A DNA stretch of 63,800 nt from Minisyncoccota bacterium (GTDB lineage Bacteria; Patescibacteriota; Minisyncoccia; Phycocordibacterales; Phycocordibacteraceae), in the NCBI GenBank assembly GCA_039927695.1, contig JBDSUM010000020.1:1-63800 (forward strand), written 5' to 3'. The stretch's first letter is position 1, and each line of letters starts with the position of its first letter. Of the stretch, positions 25,951 through 36,048 are shown piece after piece. Made by a program: the position numbers and the translations under genes. The notes under the pieces are model-generated. The model was not told the DNA's origin and did not search any database. It worked only from the letters and a program-made list of their open reading frames with translations.

Positions 25951-25986
25951 AAAACACGCGGAGCCCTTAAGGGCTCCGCGTGTTTT
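25951..25986 (-). terminator. Terminator of the coiled-coil protein gene
   Basis: AAAACACGCGGAGCCC-TTAA-GGGCTCCGCGTGTTTT. Confidence 0.8.
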
Positions 25987-25999
25987 ACGTAATCTTTAC

Positions 26000-26284
26000 T
26001 TATGCTGCCCTAAGTTCCAGATTCTTGATTCGTCGTGAATGGTCTTCAAGAACCGGTATGACGATAGTATCGATACGTGAGTTGGTTTCATCAAGGCGAT
26101 GATTTGTTTCTGTAACCACAAATTCCACTTTCTCCATGCGACTCTCAAGACCATCGAGTCGTCCGTCGACACCGTCAAACCGCTGGTCTATTGCGTCAAA
26201 ACGCTTATCCATATATTTCTGCATAGACGAGAAACTATCGGCAAACATTCTTGCGAGCCATTCGATCTCAGTTTCCTCTTTCAT
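26000..26284 (-). CDS. Hypothetical small coiled-coil protein
   Basis: 94 aa with a periodic repeat KRFDAIDQRFDGVDGRLDGLESRMEKVE. No recognisable family. Confidence 0.55.
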   Translation of the reverse strand: MKEETEIEWLARMFADSFSSMQKYMDKRFDAIDQRFDGVDGRLDGLESRMEKVEFVVTETNHRLDETNSRIDTIVIPVLEDHSRRIKNLELRAA

Positions 26285-26371
26285 ATGTCTATTCTACCAC
26301 CGGCACAATGACGGAAGAATTAACAAAAGATAAAGAAAAACTGAAGAATTTATCGAGTGACTGTGGAAACC

Positions 26372-26932
26372 TTAGAAACTAACCTTCACCGGCTCACGTG
26401 CTGCAGAATCAGCATCTGAAAGCTCGAAGAGATCCATCTTCGCAAAGTTGAATGAGTTCGCGATAACATTGCCAGGGAACGACTGAATAGCAGTATTAAG
26501 TGCCATAACATTGCTGTTGTAGAAGCGACGAGCTGCCTGGATCTTGTCTTCCGTGTTGCTGAGTTCAGCCTGAAGCGAGAGGAAGTTCTGATTCGCCTTA
26601 AGATCTGGGTACGCTTCAGCGACTGCAAAGAGAGTCTTGAGCGTACCCGTGAGCTGGTTCTCAGCATCAGCTTTTGCGGCTGGAGTTCCCGCCTGCATTG
26701 CCTGTGAACGAGCTTTCGTAACGTTCTCAAACGCTGCGCTTTCATGCGTTGCGTATCCCTTCACTGTTTCAACGAGGTTAGGGATGAGGTCATAGCGACG
26801 CTTGAGCTGTACGTCGATATCTGCCCAAGCTTCCTTGGTGCGATTTACTTTAGAGACGAATCCGTTGTACGCGAATATTACGTACAGCACGAGAAGCACG
26901 ACAATTGCGAGCACAATGTAAAGTGGTGTCAT
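26372..26932 (-). CDS. lemA: LemA family protein
   Basis: 186 aa from the ATG at 26932. A TM, then NGFVSKVNRTKEAWADIDVQLKRRYDLIPNLVETVKGYA. The longer ORF start overlaps the groEL terminator. Confidence 0.85.
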   Translation of the reverse strand: MTPLYIVLAIVVLLVLYVIFAYNGFVSKVNRTKEAWADIDVQLKRRYDLIPNLVETVKGYATHESAAFENVTKARSQAMQAGTPAAKADAENQLTGTLKTLFAVAEAYPDLKANQNFLSLQAELSNTEDKIQAARRFYNSNVMALNTAIQSFPGNVIANSFNFAKMDLFELSDADSAAREPVKVSF

Positions 26933-26962
26933 ATACGTATAGTGTAGGTCACTCAGGCATAA

Positions 26963-27010
26963 AAACAAGACCTCCACTTTGGCAAAGTAGCCAAAGTGGA
27001 GGTCTTGTTT
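26963..27010 (-). terminator. Terminator of groEL
   Basis: AAACAAGACCTCCACTTTGGC-AAAGTA-GCCAAAGTGGAGGTCTTGTTT, a 21-bp stem. Confidence 0.8.
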
Positions 27011-27051
27011 AGAACAGGGAAGTGAACTCTCCTTTTGTCAGCAAATTCCCT

Positions 27052-29036
<1,985 letters not shown>

Positions 29037-29126
29037 GGAAAAATGTGCTCTTAGCGAATTAATAAAGTCTGACTTCCCTGCAAAAAGTTATCCACAGGTG
29101 CAAATTATATCAGTTTTACAAGGCGA

Positions 29127-29155
29127 AGTATAAATTTGTGACTTTTTGTCGTCAA
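29127..29155 (-). promoter_or_regulatory. Sigma-70-type promoter of groES-groEL (TTGACG-17 nt-TATACT)
   Basis: Reverse complement: TTGACG at 29150-29155, a 17-nt spacer, TATACT at 29127-29132. It lies about 90 nt upstream of the groES ATG. Confidence 0.6.
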
Positions 29156-29375
29156 TATGAGCGCCGGCAAGTGCACTCTGGATCGCTCGCTGGAGTCGGG
29201 TGCGGCTTGCCTGCTTTGCAGTCTGTACTTTGTGCAAAGCTCCTAGCGCTCCAGAGCCCACTTCCCTTTGCTCAGTTCTGCTAACTTAGCAGTAATCGCT
29301 TACAAAGCTGTGTGACTTTGAAACTCTGATAGCTGTATGCAATGTAATAAGGCTTTCTAAGCAAGTAAAGAAAAA

Positions 29376-29414
29376 GAGCCCACCGCACTAAGCAATTGCT
29401 TGTGAGATGGGCTC
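29376..29414 (-). terminator. Terminator of the 29422-29859 gene
   Basis: GAGCCCA..AAGCAATTGCTT..TGGGCTC long hairpin, followed by TTTTT on the minus strand. Confidence 0.75.
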
Positions 29415-29421
29415 CATGCTT

Positions 29422-29859
29422 CTAGGCCTTTTTGGTCGCTTCCGCCACCTTGAGGTGGAGACGATACTCAGAGGTGCCGTCCCAGCCTGCTTCCTTAAGC
29501 AGGAGCTCCTTCATCTTCGAGCGCACATGGGACGCGTCGATTGCGGGGATCATCAGCACAAACATGATGCTGGCAACGAAAACGAGAGGTACAAAACCCC
29601 TGCCATCGTCGCATTCTCCGTGATAGAAGTTGGTGCATTCTGCCGACATCACTCCCAGAGGGTCGAAGTAGAAGAAAACTATTAAGAGGATAACGAGTAG
29701 CACCGGATAGAAGATGCGGTTGAGACGGGACGTTTTTCGATTCGCGTCGAGAACGTCTTTCGTTTCCTGGTCGACCGTAAGAACCATTATGTTCTTGATC
29801 ACCGCCGCTTTGGCGGGGACGGCTGCTTCGACGACGACTTCTTCAAAGGCTGCGCTCAT
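29422..29859 (-). CDS. Hypothetical two-TM membrane protein
   Basis: 145 aa from the ATG at 29859, with SD GGGAGAA at 29865-29871. The longer track ORF start lies inside the gene's own -35 box. Confidence 0.55.
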   Translation of the reverse strand: MSAAFEEVVVEAAVPAKAAVIKNIMVLTVDQETKDVLDANRKTSRLNRIFYPVLLVILLIVFFYFDPLGVMSAECTNFYHGECDDGRGFVPLVFVASIMFVLMIPAIDASHVRSKMKELLLKEAGWDGTSEYRLHLKVAEATKKA

Positions 29860-29899
29860 GTTAATTCTCCCTAAAAGGAACGGTGAGACTTTCCCTATC

Positions 29900-29928
29900 A
29901 TATTATTACATATTCTAGGATTTGTCAA
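29900..29928 (-). promoter_or_regulatory. Sigma-70-type promoter (TTGACA-17 nt-TAATAT)
   Basis: Reverse complement: TTGACA at 29923-29928, a 17-nt spacer, TAATAT at 29900-29905. Confidence 0.65.
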
Positions 29929-29978
29929 GTAATCAACAAGGGTGGCGAGCTCGTAGAGCAGGTATCGAACCAGCGATA

Positions 29979-30007
29979 TTGCCCGGGTTTGTGGGTTATG
30001 GTAAAAT
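29979..30007 (+). promoter_or_regulatory. Promoter of secG (TTGCCC-17 nt-TGGTAAAAT extended -10)
   Basis: TTGCCC at 29979-29984. TG at 29999-30000. TAAAAT at 30002-30007. The ATG is 11 nt downstream. Confidence 0.55.
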
Positions 30008-30018
30008 GGCGGGTACAG

Positions 30019-30255
30019 ATGGAGAAACTCGCGGCAGCATTGCCTTACATAGAAATAACGCTCTCCCTACTCCTTATTATAGGTATCGTGCTCCAGCAGC
30101 GCGGTGCTTCTCTCGGAGGAGCCTTCGGAGGCGACAATTTCTCTTCAACGTTCTATAAGCGCAGGGGCGCGGAGAAATTCCTTTTCAACGCGACTATCGT
30201 GATTGCGGTACTTTTCGTAATTGCTGCGATAGCAAACCTCCTTATCGTTACGTAA
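30019..30255 (+). CDS. secG: Preprotein translocase subunit SecG
   Basis: 78 aa. LSLLLIIGIVLQQRGASLGGAFGG..., then a second TM. The start is chosen at MEKLAAAL, downstream of the promoter. Confidence 0.8.
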   Translation: MEKLAAALPYIEITLSLLLIIGIVLQQRGASLGGAFGGDNFSSTFYKRRGAEKFLFNATIVIAVLFVIAAIANLLIVT

Positions 30256-30321
30256 GCGCGGCATTGTAGTGCCCGCTTCGCCATCTGCGTGCTCGCTTGG
30301 CAGAGATGATTTTTGAGCCAC

Positions 30322-32073
30322 ATGGCTAACTACCCTTCCCCTTTCATGCGTACGGAAGATACGACTCGCAGGTTTCGCCTGCCGAGCTTCCCTCCTTTTG
30401 CTCGATTGAGTAGGTTTGTGAAGTCATTGCCGCCAAGCGACAAGTTCATTGTCCTTATATTAGGAATACTGATCGGCATCGTGAGCGTCATGAGTCTCTT
30501 TGCACTTATGCGACATTTCCAAGTAGTTGTTCCTGCTCATGGCGGAACACTCAACGAAGGTGTTGTTGGAGCTCCACGTTTCGTGAATCCCCTTCTTGCG
30601 ACGTCAGATACTGACCGCGACTTGGTGGCCCTCACGTATGCAGGACTTCTCGGTCACGATGCTTCAGGCTCACTTGTGCCAGTACTCGCTGAGTCATATA
30701 CGGTTTCTGACGATGGCACGATGTATACGTTCGTACTTCGCAGCAATGCGAAGTTTAGTGACGGTACGCCGGTCACCAGCGACGATGTTGTGTATACGGT
30801 ACAGAAGGCACAGGATCCTGGTCTTAAGTCACCGCTTCTTGCGAGCTGGGCACATATCCGAGCTGAAGCGATAGACGCACGCACCGTGCGCTTCACGCTT
30901 CCGAAGGCGTATGCACCATTCCTCGAAGATACGACGCTGGGTATATTGCCAAAGCATGTGTGGTCGGGAGTCACGAACGAAGAGTTCCCTTTCTCGCCCT
31001 ACACGGCAGATCCGGTGGGAGCAGGACCGTTCACGGTGACGACTGTCGCACGTGATGGCAAGGGAGTTGTTACGAGCTACACGCTAGACAGCTTTAATGA
31101 CTTCGCGACGGGTCGTCCGTATCTTGCACACATTCGTTTGTCTTTCTTTGGCGACACCGCAAGCTTGAAGCAGGCTCTTGTGGGAGGAGCGGTGCAGAGT
31201 GCATATGGTGTTGCCGTAAAGAACGCACAAGTGGTTCCGTACGCTCGCGTCTTTGGAGTCTTCTTCAATCCGACTGCGGAACCACTACTTGCCGATGTTG
31301 GTGTGCGTAAGGCGTTATCACTTGCCATTGATCGTACTGCGCTTGTAGAAAAGGTACTCGGTGGATATGCGACGGCAACGGCAGGACCGTTGCCTGCAGG
31401 AAGCGATGTTGCTCCTGTTCCCCTTCCTGATCCTGCGACACACCTTGAGGACGCAAAAGCAGCTCTTGTGGCAGCGGGTTGGAAATTCGATACGACGAAA
31501 AGTCTTTGGACTAGCGCAAAAGGCGAAAAGGAATTAAAGCTTGTACTTAAAACTTCAAACGTACCGGAACTTAAGGCCGTAGCGACGCAGGTACAAAGCG
31601 ATTGGCAGGCGATTGGTGTTCCAACGGAACTCCAACTGCATGATCCAAACGAACTTACACAGACAGTCATTAGACCCCGCGCCTACGGTGCACTTCTCTT
31701 CGGAGAAGTCATCGGCACCAGTCCTGACCTCTTTGCCTTCTGGGACACGAGTGGAAAAACAAATCCAGGACTAAACATTGCGAACTACAGCAATACGGCC
31801 GTGGATACGCTCCTTGAAAAAGCACGTACAGAAGTGGAAGGAGTAGACAAACAAGCTACGCTTGCAGACATACAAACACGCATCGCTGCCGACTATCCTG
31901 CTGCCTTCTTGTATACACCTGACTTTGTGTACAGCGTTCCGCAAGGACTACACGGAGTTGCTCTCACCCGCGTGAGTTCTCCTTCAGACCGATTCTGGGA
32001 CGTTGCCCACTGGTACTTGTATACTGAACATGTCTGGCCGTTCCTCTTGAAGAAAACTTCACCAATATTTTAG
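30322..32073 (+). CDS. ABC-transporter family-5 substrate-binding protein (peptide/nickel type), membrane-anchored
   Basis: About 583 aa with an N-terminal TM (FIVLILGILIGIVSVMSLF). SBP_bac_5-like blocks LTYAGLLG, KFSDGTPVTSDDVVYT and GAGPF. No permease or ATPase genes are adjacent. Confidence 0.75.
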   Translation: MANYPSPFMRTEDTTRRFRLPSFPPFARLSRFVKSLPPSDKFIVLILGILIGIVSVMSLFALMRHFQVVVPAHGGTLNEGVVGAPRFVNPLLATSDTDRDLVALTYAGLLGHDASGSLVPVLAESYTVSDDGTMYTFVLRSNAKFSDGTPVTSDDVVYTVQKAQDPGLKSPLLASWAHIRAEAIDARTVRFTLPKAYAPFLEDTTLGILPKHVWSGVTNEEFPFSPYTADPVGAGPFTVTTVARDGKGVVTSYTLDSFNDFATGRPYLAHIRLSFFGDTASLKQALVGGAVQSAYGVAVKNAQVVPYARVFGVFFNPTAEPLLADVGVRKALSLAIDRTALVEKVLGGYATATAGPLPAGSDVAPVPLPDPATHLEDAKAALVAAGWKFDTTKSLWTSAKGEKELKLVLKTSNVPELKAVATQVQSDWQAIGVPTELQLHDPNELTQTVIRPRAYGALLFGEVIGTSPDLFAFWDTSGKTNPGLNIANYSNTAVDTLLEKARTEVEGVDKQATLADIQTRIAADYPAAFLYTPDFVYSVPQGLHGVALTRVSSPSDRFWDVAHWYLYTEHVWPFLLKKTSPIF

Positions 32074-32135
32074 TACGCACGAATTCGTGCATCTTAGTTA
32101 GATCTATTATCATCAATCATTAGCATTCATTATCT

Positions 32136-34178
32136 ATGTCTCCAGCACCAGCACCTGCTCCAGCACCTAATAACGGCTCTACGCAGCAGTCTAAATCAGA
32201 AACATCTACATCACGCCCACCACAGCGGGGTGAGGGCGCTCGCCCAACCTCTGCACCTATGAACGGTGAGCAAAATTCTTCACAGCCTCGTGACAATCGC
32301 GGTCCTCGTGGAAACGGTGGACCTCGTTCCGCAGGACCAGGCGGTTCTCGCCAGAACGGCGGACCATCAGCTTCTCGCGGAAGTCGCGGAGGTTCACGTG
32401 GTGGTAACGGCGGAAATCGTGGTGGCGGTGGCCGCAACATGCCTCGTCGTGGCGCACCAACAGCAACTGCAAAGCGCGGCGCTGACTACTTCCCTCTTCC
32501 CGTAACACCAAACGTCGTACGTATCGTACCGCTTGGTGGCGTTGAAGAAGTGGGACGCAACATGATTGCGCTTGAAGTCGGCAACGACATCTTCGTCTTC
32601 GACGTGGGATTCCAGTTCGTCTCCGAGGAATCAGCACCGGGTGTCGACTACATGCTCCCGAACACCGCATACCTTGAACAAAACAAGGATCGCGTTCGCG
32701 CAGCAATCATTACGCACGGTCACCTCGACCACATTGGCGGCATTCCATTCCTTATGGATCGCTTCGGTAATCCACCGATTTACACACAGGCTTTGACCGC
32801 CGTCATGATCGCAAAGCGTCAGGAAGAATATCCAGACGTGCCAAAGCTCAATATCATCACCGTTGAAGTCGGCAACAGCGTAACTATTGGTTCGACCAAA
32901 GTTAAGTTCTTCCCGGTTACTCACTCTATTCCTGATTCAATGGGTATCTCTGTTGAGACCCCGTACGGCAACGTTGTTATCACCGGCGACCTCAAGCTCG
33001 AACACGAAGACGGAGTTCCTACTGCGAAGGAGCAAAAGGTGTGGGGCGACCTCGCAAAGGACAACAACCTTATGTTCATCGCTGACTCAACCAACGCAGA
33101 AAAAGATGGCTTCTCAATTCCTGAGAGCCGCGTGAACACAACCCTCGAAGATATTGTTAAGACCGTATCTGGTCGCCTTATCATTGGTACTTTTGCTTCT
33201 CAGTTTGAGCGCATGGTTCGCATCATTCAGATTGCAGAGTCTATGGGTAAGAAGATTGTGACGGAAGGCCGTTCAATCAAGACGAACCTCGAGATCGCAC
33301 AGAAGACTGGTCTTCTCACCGTTAAAAAGGAAACTATCATTTCTGCACAGGAAATCGGTGACTACCCTCCGGATAAGATTGTAATCCTTTCAACAGGTGC
33401 ACAGGGAGAAGAGTTTGCTGCACTCATGCGTATTGCAACCAAGCAGCATAAGAACATTACGCTCACACCACGTGACACCGTCGTTCTTTCTTCTTCTGTT
33501 ATTCCTGGTAACGAAATTAGTGTTCAGAAGTTGAAGGATAATTTGTACCGCAATGGCGCTGCAATCATCAACTACCGCACCAGTGACGTGCACTCAACCG
33601 GTCATGGAAACAGTGGTGAGCTCGTCTGGATCAACCAGCAAGTGAACGCGAAGTACTTCATGCCAGGTTACGGGTACTACTCTATGACCTGGAACCACGC
33701 GAAAGCAGTGGAACAGGCAGGGCGTGCGCGCGAAAGCATCATCCTTGCAGACAACGGTACTGTTATCGACATCGTTGATGGTGAGCGTTTGAACATCCAC
33801 AAGGAGAAAGTCCCGTCTGCTCCTCTCGTCGTCGACGGCTTCGCTATCGGAGATATGCAGGAAGTGGTCATTCGTGATCGCCAAATGCTTTCGAAGGACG
33901 GTATGTTCGTGATCATTGCGACTGTGAACCTTAAGACGGGTAAGCTTCGCAAGTCACCTGACATTATCTCTCGTGGATTTATCTATCTTCGCGAAAGTCA
34001 GGATCTCTTGAACGAAGCGCGTCTTCTTATTAAGAAGACTGTTGAAGACTCGACCCAGGGCATGAACCCTGTCGACCTCGACTACGTGAAGAACAACCTC
34101 ACGGACGTTATGGCCGGCTATCTCTTCACCCGCACTAACAAGGCACCGATGGTGATTCCTGTGTTGATCGGAGTGTAA
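32136..34178 (+). CDS. rnj: Ribonuclease J with a ~125-aa N-terminal Gly/Arg/Ser/Asn/Pro-rich extension
   Basis: 680 aa. Metallo-beta-lactamase HGHLDHIGG, beta-CASP, and the HSTGHG motif. The N-terminus starts APAPAPAP, followed by SRGG/NRGGGG repeats. Confidence 0.9.
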   Translation: MSPAPAPAPAPNNGSTQQSKSETSTSRPPQRGEGARPTSAPMNGEQNSSQPRDNRGPRGNGGPRSAGPGGSRQNGGPSASRGSRGGSRGGNGGNRGGGGRNMPRRGAPTATAKRGADYFPLPVTPNVVRIVPLGGVEEVGRNMIALEVGNDIFVFDVGFQFVSEESAPGVDYMLPNTAYLEQNKDRVRAAIITHGHLDHIGGIPFLMDRFGNPPIYTQALTAVMIAKRQEEYPDVPKLNIITVEVGNSVTIGSTKVKFFPVTHSIPDSMGISVETPYGNVVITGDLKLEHEDGVPTAKEQKVWGDLAKDNNLMFIADSTNAEKDGFSIPESRVNTTLEDIVKTVSGRLIIGTFASQFERMVRIIQIAESMGKKIVTEGRSIKTNLEIAQKTGLLTVKKETIISAQEIGDYPPDKIVILSTGAQGEEFAALMRIATKQHKNITLTPRDTVVLSSSVIPGNEISVQKLKDNLYRNGAAIINYRTSDVHSTGHGNSGELVWINQQVNAKYFMPGYGYYSMTWNHAKAVEQAGRARESIILADNGTVIDIVDGERLNIHKEKVPSAPLVVDGFAIGDMQEVVIRDRQMLSKDGMFVIIATVNLKTGKLRKSPDIISRGFIYLRESQDLLNEARLLIKKTVEDSTQGMNPVDLDYVKNNLTDVMAGYLFTRTNKAPMVIPVLIGV

Positions 34179-34206
34179 CTCGCAAAAAAACATAAAGAGA
34201 AGAATT

Positions 34207-34234
34207 GAGCCCGCAGCACTAGTGCTGCGGGCTC
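34207..34234. terminator. Bidirectional terminator (perfect 28-nt palindrome)
   Basis: GAGCCCGCAGCACT|AGTGCTGCGGGCTC, then TTTGCTTTT. It overlaps the last codons of the convergent 34219-34497 ORF. Confidence 0.8.
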
Positions 34235-34497
34235 TTTGCTTTTACTTTTTGGCTCCCGAACGATACCCCCTTATGCTGGGCATGCTGTTTCCAACCTGGG
34301 TATGGAGCGCTTCTGTCGTCGCGATATTTGATGCTTTCCCACTTGCCGCAACTACAGACCCCGTAGTCAAACATGTCTTGGTGCACCCGCAAGATTAGTT
34401 CGTGGCCAGCTAATTCCCCGATTTTCATATCGCGTTCCATGTACGGGTGCTCGTCTTCCGGTAGCTGACGAGTAATACTGACAGGACTATATGCCAT
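34219..34497 (-). CDS. Hypothetical small protein
   Basis: 92 aa. No TM and no recognised motif (contains CSCGKW). Confidence 0.45.
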   Translation of the reverse strand: MAYSPVSITRQLPEDEHPYMERDMKIGELAGHELILRVHQDMFDYGVCSCGKWESIKYRDDRSAPYPGWKQHAQHKGVSFGSQKVKAKSPQH

Positions 34498-34574
34498 AAA
34501 GAACCTTCCCCTTTTCGAGTTTGCTGAAGAATTCGCAAATCACACCATACCAGGCTACAAACAAATCCACAATA

Positions 34575-35198
34575 TTACTGTGCGGGGAGCGTACGAAATG
34601 TAATCGAATACCGTAGACCCTTAGTTGGAGCTACACGGTGCTGATACTTCCATCGACTATCGTTTTGCATGACGTATAACGAACGTGGTTCAACGGTCAT
34701 GGAAATAGGTTCAATATTTTTATCACTCTCAAAGTCAGAGCCCTCCGCAAGTTTTCGCATTTCAAATTTGCACCAGCCCGATAGCGATACACCAAGTATC
34801 TTTTCGAATGATTCATTGTCACGATGCCACCCTACACCTGTACCAGGTTGATATTCAGTGACCAATGCCTCGACGATATGATCTGCCGGTAAATCAATAA
34901 AGTTACCAAGCTTTTGGGTAAGCGGTGATAGGAATTCGGGAAGTGGATCACCCGGTACGAGACTTTTCGTGCGATCGTCATATCCCCAACCAAAGCTAAT
35001 AATGCGTCTGTTCGCCATGTATTCTCGAAATGGCGCCTGCCTCAGTTCAAGCTTTTCAATAGCAGCGACGAGCGCATTCTCTTCATCGGCTGTTAGGAAT
35101 TCTGGATGATACTCAAAGCCATTCGGATACGAAGTCTCGAGATCAAAAAGTGGATATTGGTCTGGCGGCCTGCTTCGCATAGTCAGGCATTGTAGCAA
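34575..35198 (-). CDS. alkB: Alpha-ketoglutarate/Fe(II)-dependent dioxygenase AlkB
   Basis: 207 aa. GVGWHRDN (HxD), YQHRV (distal His), and RYSITFR (2OG-binding RxSxTFR). Confidence 0.8.
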   Translation of the reverse strand: MLQCLTMRSRPPDQYPLFDLETSYPNGFEYHPEFLTADEENALVAAIEKLELRQAPFREYMANRRIISFGWGYDDRTKSLVPGDPLPEFLSPLTQKLGNFIDLPADHIVEALVTEYQPGTGVGWHRDNESFEKILGVSLSGWCKFEMRKLAEGSDFESDKNIEPISMTVEPRSLYVMQNDSRWKYQHRVAPTKGLRYSITFRTLPAQ

Positions 35199-35224
35199 AT
35201 TCTAAATATGCGACGGATGAAGCG

Positions 35225-36034
35225 TTACATGGGAAGACGATAGGAGCGCCCTAGTTTTTCAATGATTCCTTCGTTTAAAAGCTTTTGTATCTGGGTGATT
35301 ATTTGTGGCTCTCGCTCCGTACCAAAAAGCTTTACTAGTTGTTGCTTCGTTGCAGGTCTAGTAGTGAGCTCTCGCACGATAGCGCCCCGTACTTCACGAC
35401 CAGAACCTGCAAAGACTGACTGCTTTGTGTAACTCTTACTCTTGGCATTAATTCGTATACCTGAGCGTTTAAGAAATGCGCCGTAGTCCATGAGCGCTGC
35501 GTACCATTCGCGGGCGCTGCCTTTAGGCAGCGCCCGCTCTATTACCTCGAATATCTCTGCGTCAGAAACAACCTCACTATCTGTAAAGAAATGATGCGTT
35601 ACTACGGTGCGAATATTTGTTTCGATAAATACAACGTCTTGGTTATGGGCAAACGCAGCTATCGCCCGTGCAGTGTAGTTACCAACACCTGGAAGTTTTT
35701 CTAGCTCCTGAACGGAGGCAGGCATTTTGCCACGGCAATCACGAACAACTACCTTAGCTGCCTCATGGAGCATTTTCGCTCTACGGTTGTATCCCATACC
35801 TTGCCAGTGTGTGAGCACATCCTTTAATGGTGCTTCTGCGAGTTTCTTTATTGTTGGATATGCCGTAAACCACGCACGATAATATGGCAGAACTCTATCA
35901 ACCTGCGTTTGTTGCAACATGACTTCGGAAACAAGAATTCTGTACGGATCTTTTGTTTTGCGCCAAGGGAGCGAGTGCCTGCCCTGCTCCTCATAGTGCT
36001 TCCAAACAATTTTTCTAAACTGCGGTATGGTCAT
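35225..36034 (-). CDS. MutY-like HhH-GPD adenine glycosylase lacking the Fe-S cluster loop and NUDIX domain, with a C-terminal wHTH-like tail
   Basis: 269 aa. LPWRKTKDPYRILVSEVMLQQTQVDRV, GMGYNRRAKML and LPGVGNYTARAI. It has only one Cys in total. Confidence 0.8.
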   Translation of the reverse strand: MTIPQFRKIVWKHYEEQGRHSLPWRKTKDPYRILVSEVMLQQTQVDRVLPYYRAWFTAYPTIKKLAEAPLKDVLTHWQGMGYNRRAKMLHEAAKVVVRDCRGKMPASVQELEKLPGVGNYTARAIAAFAHNQDVVFIETNIRTVVTHHFFTDSEVVSDAEIFEVIERALPKGSAREWYAALMDYGAFLKRSGIRINAKSKSYTKQSVFAGSGREVRGAIVRELTTRPATKQQLVKLFGTEREPQIITQIQKLLNEGIIEKLGRSYRLPM

Positions 36035-36048
36035 CGCAATACACTTAT

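Noticed and set aside
29037-29160. The expected CIRCE/HrcA operator (TTAGCACTC-N9-GAGTGCTAA) in the groES leader.
   Set aside because: I read both strands and found only weak partial matches (for example TTTGCACCT, 6 of 9) with no matching second arm. It is not reported as a feature. A position weight matrix scan would settle this.
29941-29975. A tRNA-like T-arm (minus strand GCTGG-TTCGATA-CCTGC) upstream of secG, possibly a tRNA gene or an integration scar.
   Set aside because: No acceptor, D or anticodon arms can be built around it, and the T-stem has a mismatch. It is probably a chance match or at most a very decayed fragment.
32120-32706. ORFs antisense to, or in other frames of, the RNase J 5' region (for example MLRPPPPRFPPLPPREPP...).
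   Set aside because: They are by-products of the GGN/CGN-rich repeats that encode the RGG tail. The RNase J frame continues directly into a conserved catalytic domain.
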